DNA of 8,929 nt from a virus (Duplodnaviria; Heunggongvirae; Uroviricota; Caudoviricetes): positions 1 to 8,929 of IMG/VR virus record IMGVR_UViG_2609459860_000002; one strand, 5' to 3'. The position numbers and the translations under genes are program-made. Positions 7,082 through 8,929 of the stretch are shown here, one piece after another (within the stretch, counting starts at the first letter, position 1; each line of letters starts with the position of its first letter). The notes below the pieces were generated by a model. The model saw nothing but the letters and a program-made list of their open reading frames with translations, was not told the origin of the DNA and searched no databases.

Positions 7082-7655
7082 CGTCCGGCGCTGTGCTGGT
7101 ATCTGTTGCCGTCACCGCGTCAATATAATCCAGCACAGCGTTAAGTCGGGTGTTTTCTGTCTGCATCAGCTTCCGCCCGGCCTGCAATTTCAGTTGAATC
7201 AGACTAATGGAAGCCATTGCAGTATCAATCAGTGACTGACGCTGTGCTTCTGCCGCGCCTACTGCGGCGCTATGCTGTGCCTCAGTATCGGTCACCCATT
7301 TCTCACCATCCCATTTATCGTATGGCGTTAACGGGGCGATAGTGGTTGTATTTTCAGGATAATCACCCGGAGCTGTGATTTCTTTCGATTCTCCTGTTTC
7401 GGTGCTATAGATGATTTCACCGCGATGGTCTGGCACATATTCCCATGAGTTAAAATCTGCAGAACGGCAGATTGCATAACCAGCTTTATGTGTAACTGGT
7501 GTATCTAAACAAGAACATGCCGGGATACCGACGCCAACCGCAAGATATTCAGTTGATGTGGAAATATATTCCCGTGTTTCACCATCATAATTATAAATGG
7601 TAATGACTCCCGCTTTTATGGCAATGAGTTCGTTATTTAATACGGCTTTATTCAT
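7053..7655 (-). CDS. Alternate tail fiber assembly protein (Tfa'), cognate to the inverted fiber tip
   Basis: 200-aa ORF on the - strand with the Tfa-type C-terminal motif. Its 3' end overlaps the + strand tfa 3' end by 29 bp (7053-7081). Its ATG overlaps the stop of the upstream - strand fiber-tip segment (TGATG). Confidence 0.82.
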   Translation of the reverse strand: MNKAVLNNELIAIKAGVITIYNYDGETREYISTSTEYLAVGVGIPACSCLDTPVTHKAGYAICRSADFNSWEYVPDHRGEIIYSTETGESKEITAPGDYPENTTTIAPLTPYDKWDGEKWVTDTEAQHSAAVGAAEAQRQSLIDTAMASISLIQLKLQAGRKLMQTENTRLNAVLDYIDAVTATDTSTAPDVIWPELPEA

Positions 7656-7657
7656 CA

Positions 7658-8167
7658 GGCAGCCCTCACGATATAATTAAAGGCAATGTTACGAGGACGG
7701 TTTTCGTTTGCAGTTGGAACAATTCTTGAAGCATCAAGGCCAATCACTTTTGGGTAAACAGCGCCATCTGTTCTTTCTGTCACCATACTTCTGATTAAGG
7801 AGAAATAACTATTGTTCGTTGAGGGGTTCAAAGGCACCACTGCCCCCTTAAAAGAGCCTGCTGATTCCCATATTGAATAATTTTCGGTGTTTACAGTCTT
7901 GAACTCACCATAGATATTACGTATGGCATCGCCCTGAGCTGATAATATTGTTCTCCCCGCATCCGCACTACGCCCATCATCCCAGCCACGAATAAATTCA
8001 CCGCGTAAATCAGGCAATTTATTTGTCGGGTAAGCCTTTGCCAGTTCCGGGTATTCTTCAGCAGAAAAAGCTGCTCCGTTGCATTTCAGCCAGCCTGTTG
8101 GCGGAGTGGCTGAGGGCCACGGAACAGGCACCCCAACAGGTAATGCAGAGCCTTCTCCCAAACCAAC
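7658..8167 (-). CDS. Alternate tail-fiber C-terminal tip (H', promoterless and startless; expressed only after inversion fuses it to the H N-terminal region)
   Basis: The - strand frame is open through the right crossover site, encoding ...VGLGEGSALPVGVPVPWPSATPPTGWLKCNG...NIAFNYIVRAA. The ending NIAFNYIVR(L/A)A is the canonical C-terminus of P2 H / Mu S-type fibers as I recall them. The ORF-track Met codons at 8201-8206 lie beyond the crossover and are not a real start. Confidence 0.82.
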
Positions 8168-8178
8168 GTTTATGAAAA
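8153..8178. repeat. Right crossover site of the invertible segment (26 bp)
   Basis: TTCTCCCAAACCAACGTTTATGAAAA, located about 55 bp upstream of the invertase start. Its left half-site TTCTCCCAAACC is the reverse complement of the right half-site of the 6169-6194 site. It closely resembles cix/gix-type sites from memory. Confidence 0.75.
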
Positions 8179-8233
8179 TGCAGAGATAACGGCTAACTGG
8201 CATCATCTCCGGTTTTTATTCAGGGGATCCATC

Positions 8234-8827
8234 ATGCTTATTGGCTATGTCCGCGTATCAACAAATGACCAGAACACGGAATTGCAGCGTAACGCGCTGG
8301 AATGCGCGGGATGTGAGCGGATTTTTGAGGACAAAATCAGCGGCACGAAGTCCGACAGGCCGGGACTGAAAAAACTGCTCAGGACATTATCGGATGGGGA
8401 TACACTGGTAGTCTGGAAGCTGGACCGGCTGGGGCGTAGTATGCGGCATCTGGTCATTCTAGTTGAGGAACTGCGCGAACGTGGCATTAATTTTCGCAGC
8501 CTGACGGATGCTATTGATACCAGCACGCCGATGGGGCGTTTTTTCTTTCATGTGATGGGTGCCCTGGCTGAAATGGAGCGAGAACTCATTGTCGAGCGGA
8601 CACGCGCCGGACTGGAAGCGGCCAGAGCCAAAGGTCGTATTGGTGGCAGACGTCCGAAACTCACCGCGAGTGAGTGGGAGCAGGTCGGACGGTTGCTGGC
8701 TGCGGGGGAATCTCGTCAACGCGTGGCGCTGATTTTTGATATTGGCCTGTCCACGCTCTATAAAAAATTCCCCTCATCAGCGACAAAGAATAAATTGTGT
8801 CATCCCTTAGCCAACCGGGACAAATAG
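8234..8827 (+). CDS. Serine DNA invertase, Gin/Pin/Cin/Hin family
   Basis: 197-aa ORF beginning MLIGYVRVSTNDQNT..., with the catalytic Ser at residue 9 (TCA, 8258-8260). It carries conserved invertase blocks (GDTLVVWKLDRLGRSM, GINFRSLTD, MGRFFFHVMGALAEMERELI, RIGGRRPKLT) and a C-terminal helix-turn-helix region (...RVALIFDIGLSTLYKK). An AGGGGA Shine-Dalgarno lies upstream. I cannot tell from sequence alone which named invertase it is closest to. Confidence 0.92.
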   Translation: MLIGYVRVSTNDQNTELQRNALECAGCERIFEDKISGTKSDRPGLKKLLRTLSDGDTLVVWKLDRLGRSMRHLVILVEELRERGINFRSLTDAIDTSTPMGRFFFHVMGALAEMERELIVERTRAGLEAARAKGRIGGRRPKLTASEWEQVGRLLAAGESRQRVALIFDIGLSTLYKKFPSSATKNKLCHPLANRDK

Positions 8828-8886
8828 CCTGACATCTCCGGCACAACTGAAAATACCACTCACCCATTAACCACGGAGTTAAACGG

Positions 8887-8929
8887 ATGAGTGACTATCA
8901 TCACGGCGTGCAGGTGCTGGAGATTAACG
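8887..8929 (+). CDS. FI: Tail sheath protein FI (P2 gpFI family), first 14 codons only; continues beyond the window
   Basis: ATG at 8887 preceded by a GGAG Shine-Dalgarno (8874-8877). It encodes MSDYHHGVQVLEIN, which matches my memory of the P2 FI N-terminus. It is too short for the ORF track. Confidence 0.6.
   Translation, partial: MSDYHHGVQVLEIN

Larger units (their letters stand above)
6182..8165. mobile_element. Invertible DNA segment (G-segment/C-segment-like) carrying two alternative tail-fiber tips and their assembly genes
   Basis: Bounded by the inverted 26-bp sites. It contains H-tip A plus tfa on the + strand and tfa' plus H-tip B on the - strand, arranged convergently, with a serine invertase gene immediately outside the right site. 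Coordinates are placed at the centres of the two sites and are approximate to a few bp. Confidence 0.75.

Noticed and set aside
6963-7235. 90-aa + strand ORF spanning the tfa/tfa' junction
   Set aside because: It is out of frame with tfa and runs antisense to tfa'. It arises from the convergent overlap and has no start context.
8168-8206. Apparent Met-Met start of the - strand alternate fiber ORF
   Set aside because: These codons lie beyond the crossover site, in what is the invertase promoter region on the other strand. The tip segment is expressed only as a fusion to the H N-terminal region after inversion, so this is not an independent start.
1-8929. Search for CRISPR repeats, tRNA/tmRNA genes, att core sequences or IS or transposon ends
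   Set aside because: I saw no array of direct repeats with spacers, no cloverleaf-compatible segment of 70-90 nt in the short intergenic gaps, and no terminal inverted repeats flanking a transposase. The only repeats found are the two invertase crossover sites.

Overview
This window is a slice of the late operon of a P2-like myovirus prophage (enterobacterial), almost entirely on the + strand. In order: the 3' end of endolysin K, lysA, the lysB/lysC spanin pair (lysC embedded out of frame), tail completion genes R and S, a low-GC single-gene insertion, baseplate genes V, W, J and I, tail fiber gene H and a tail fiber assembly gene, then on the - strand a second assembly gene and an alternate fiber-tip segment, a Gin/Pin/Cin/Hin-family serine invertase, and the first 14 codons of tail sheath FI. 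All family assignments come from reading the translations and from remembered P2 proteins; no searches were run. Two things go beyond the plain P2 backbone. First, an AT-rich island of about 0.9 kb (roughly 1900-2820; about 30-38% GC by hand count against about 55-60% in the flanks) sits in the S-V slot and carries one 251-aa ORF with a clear HNH (beta-beta-alpha-Me) nuclease motif plus a C-terminal region of about 150 aa that I cannot place. This is the best candidate for an undescribed accessory function such as anti-phage defence, superinfection exclusion or a selfish homing nuclease. Second, a roughly 2 kb invertible tail-fiber segment is bounded by two inverted 26-bp crossover sites (6169-6194 and 8153-8178) with the invertase gene alongside, which would switch the fiber tip and its chaperone. 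No rRNA, tRNA, CRISPR array, transposase or att site was seen.
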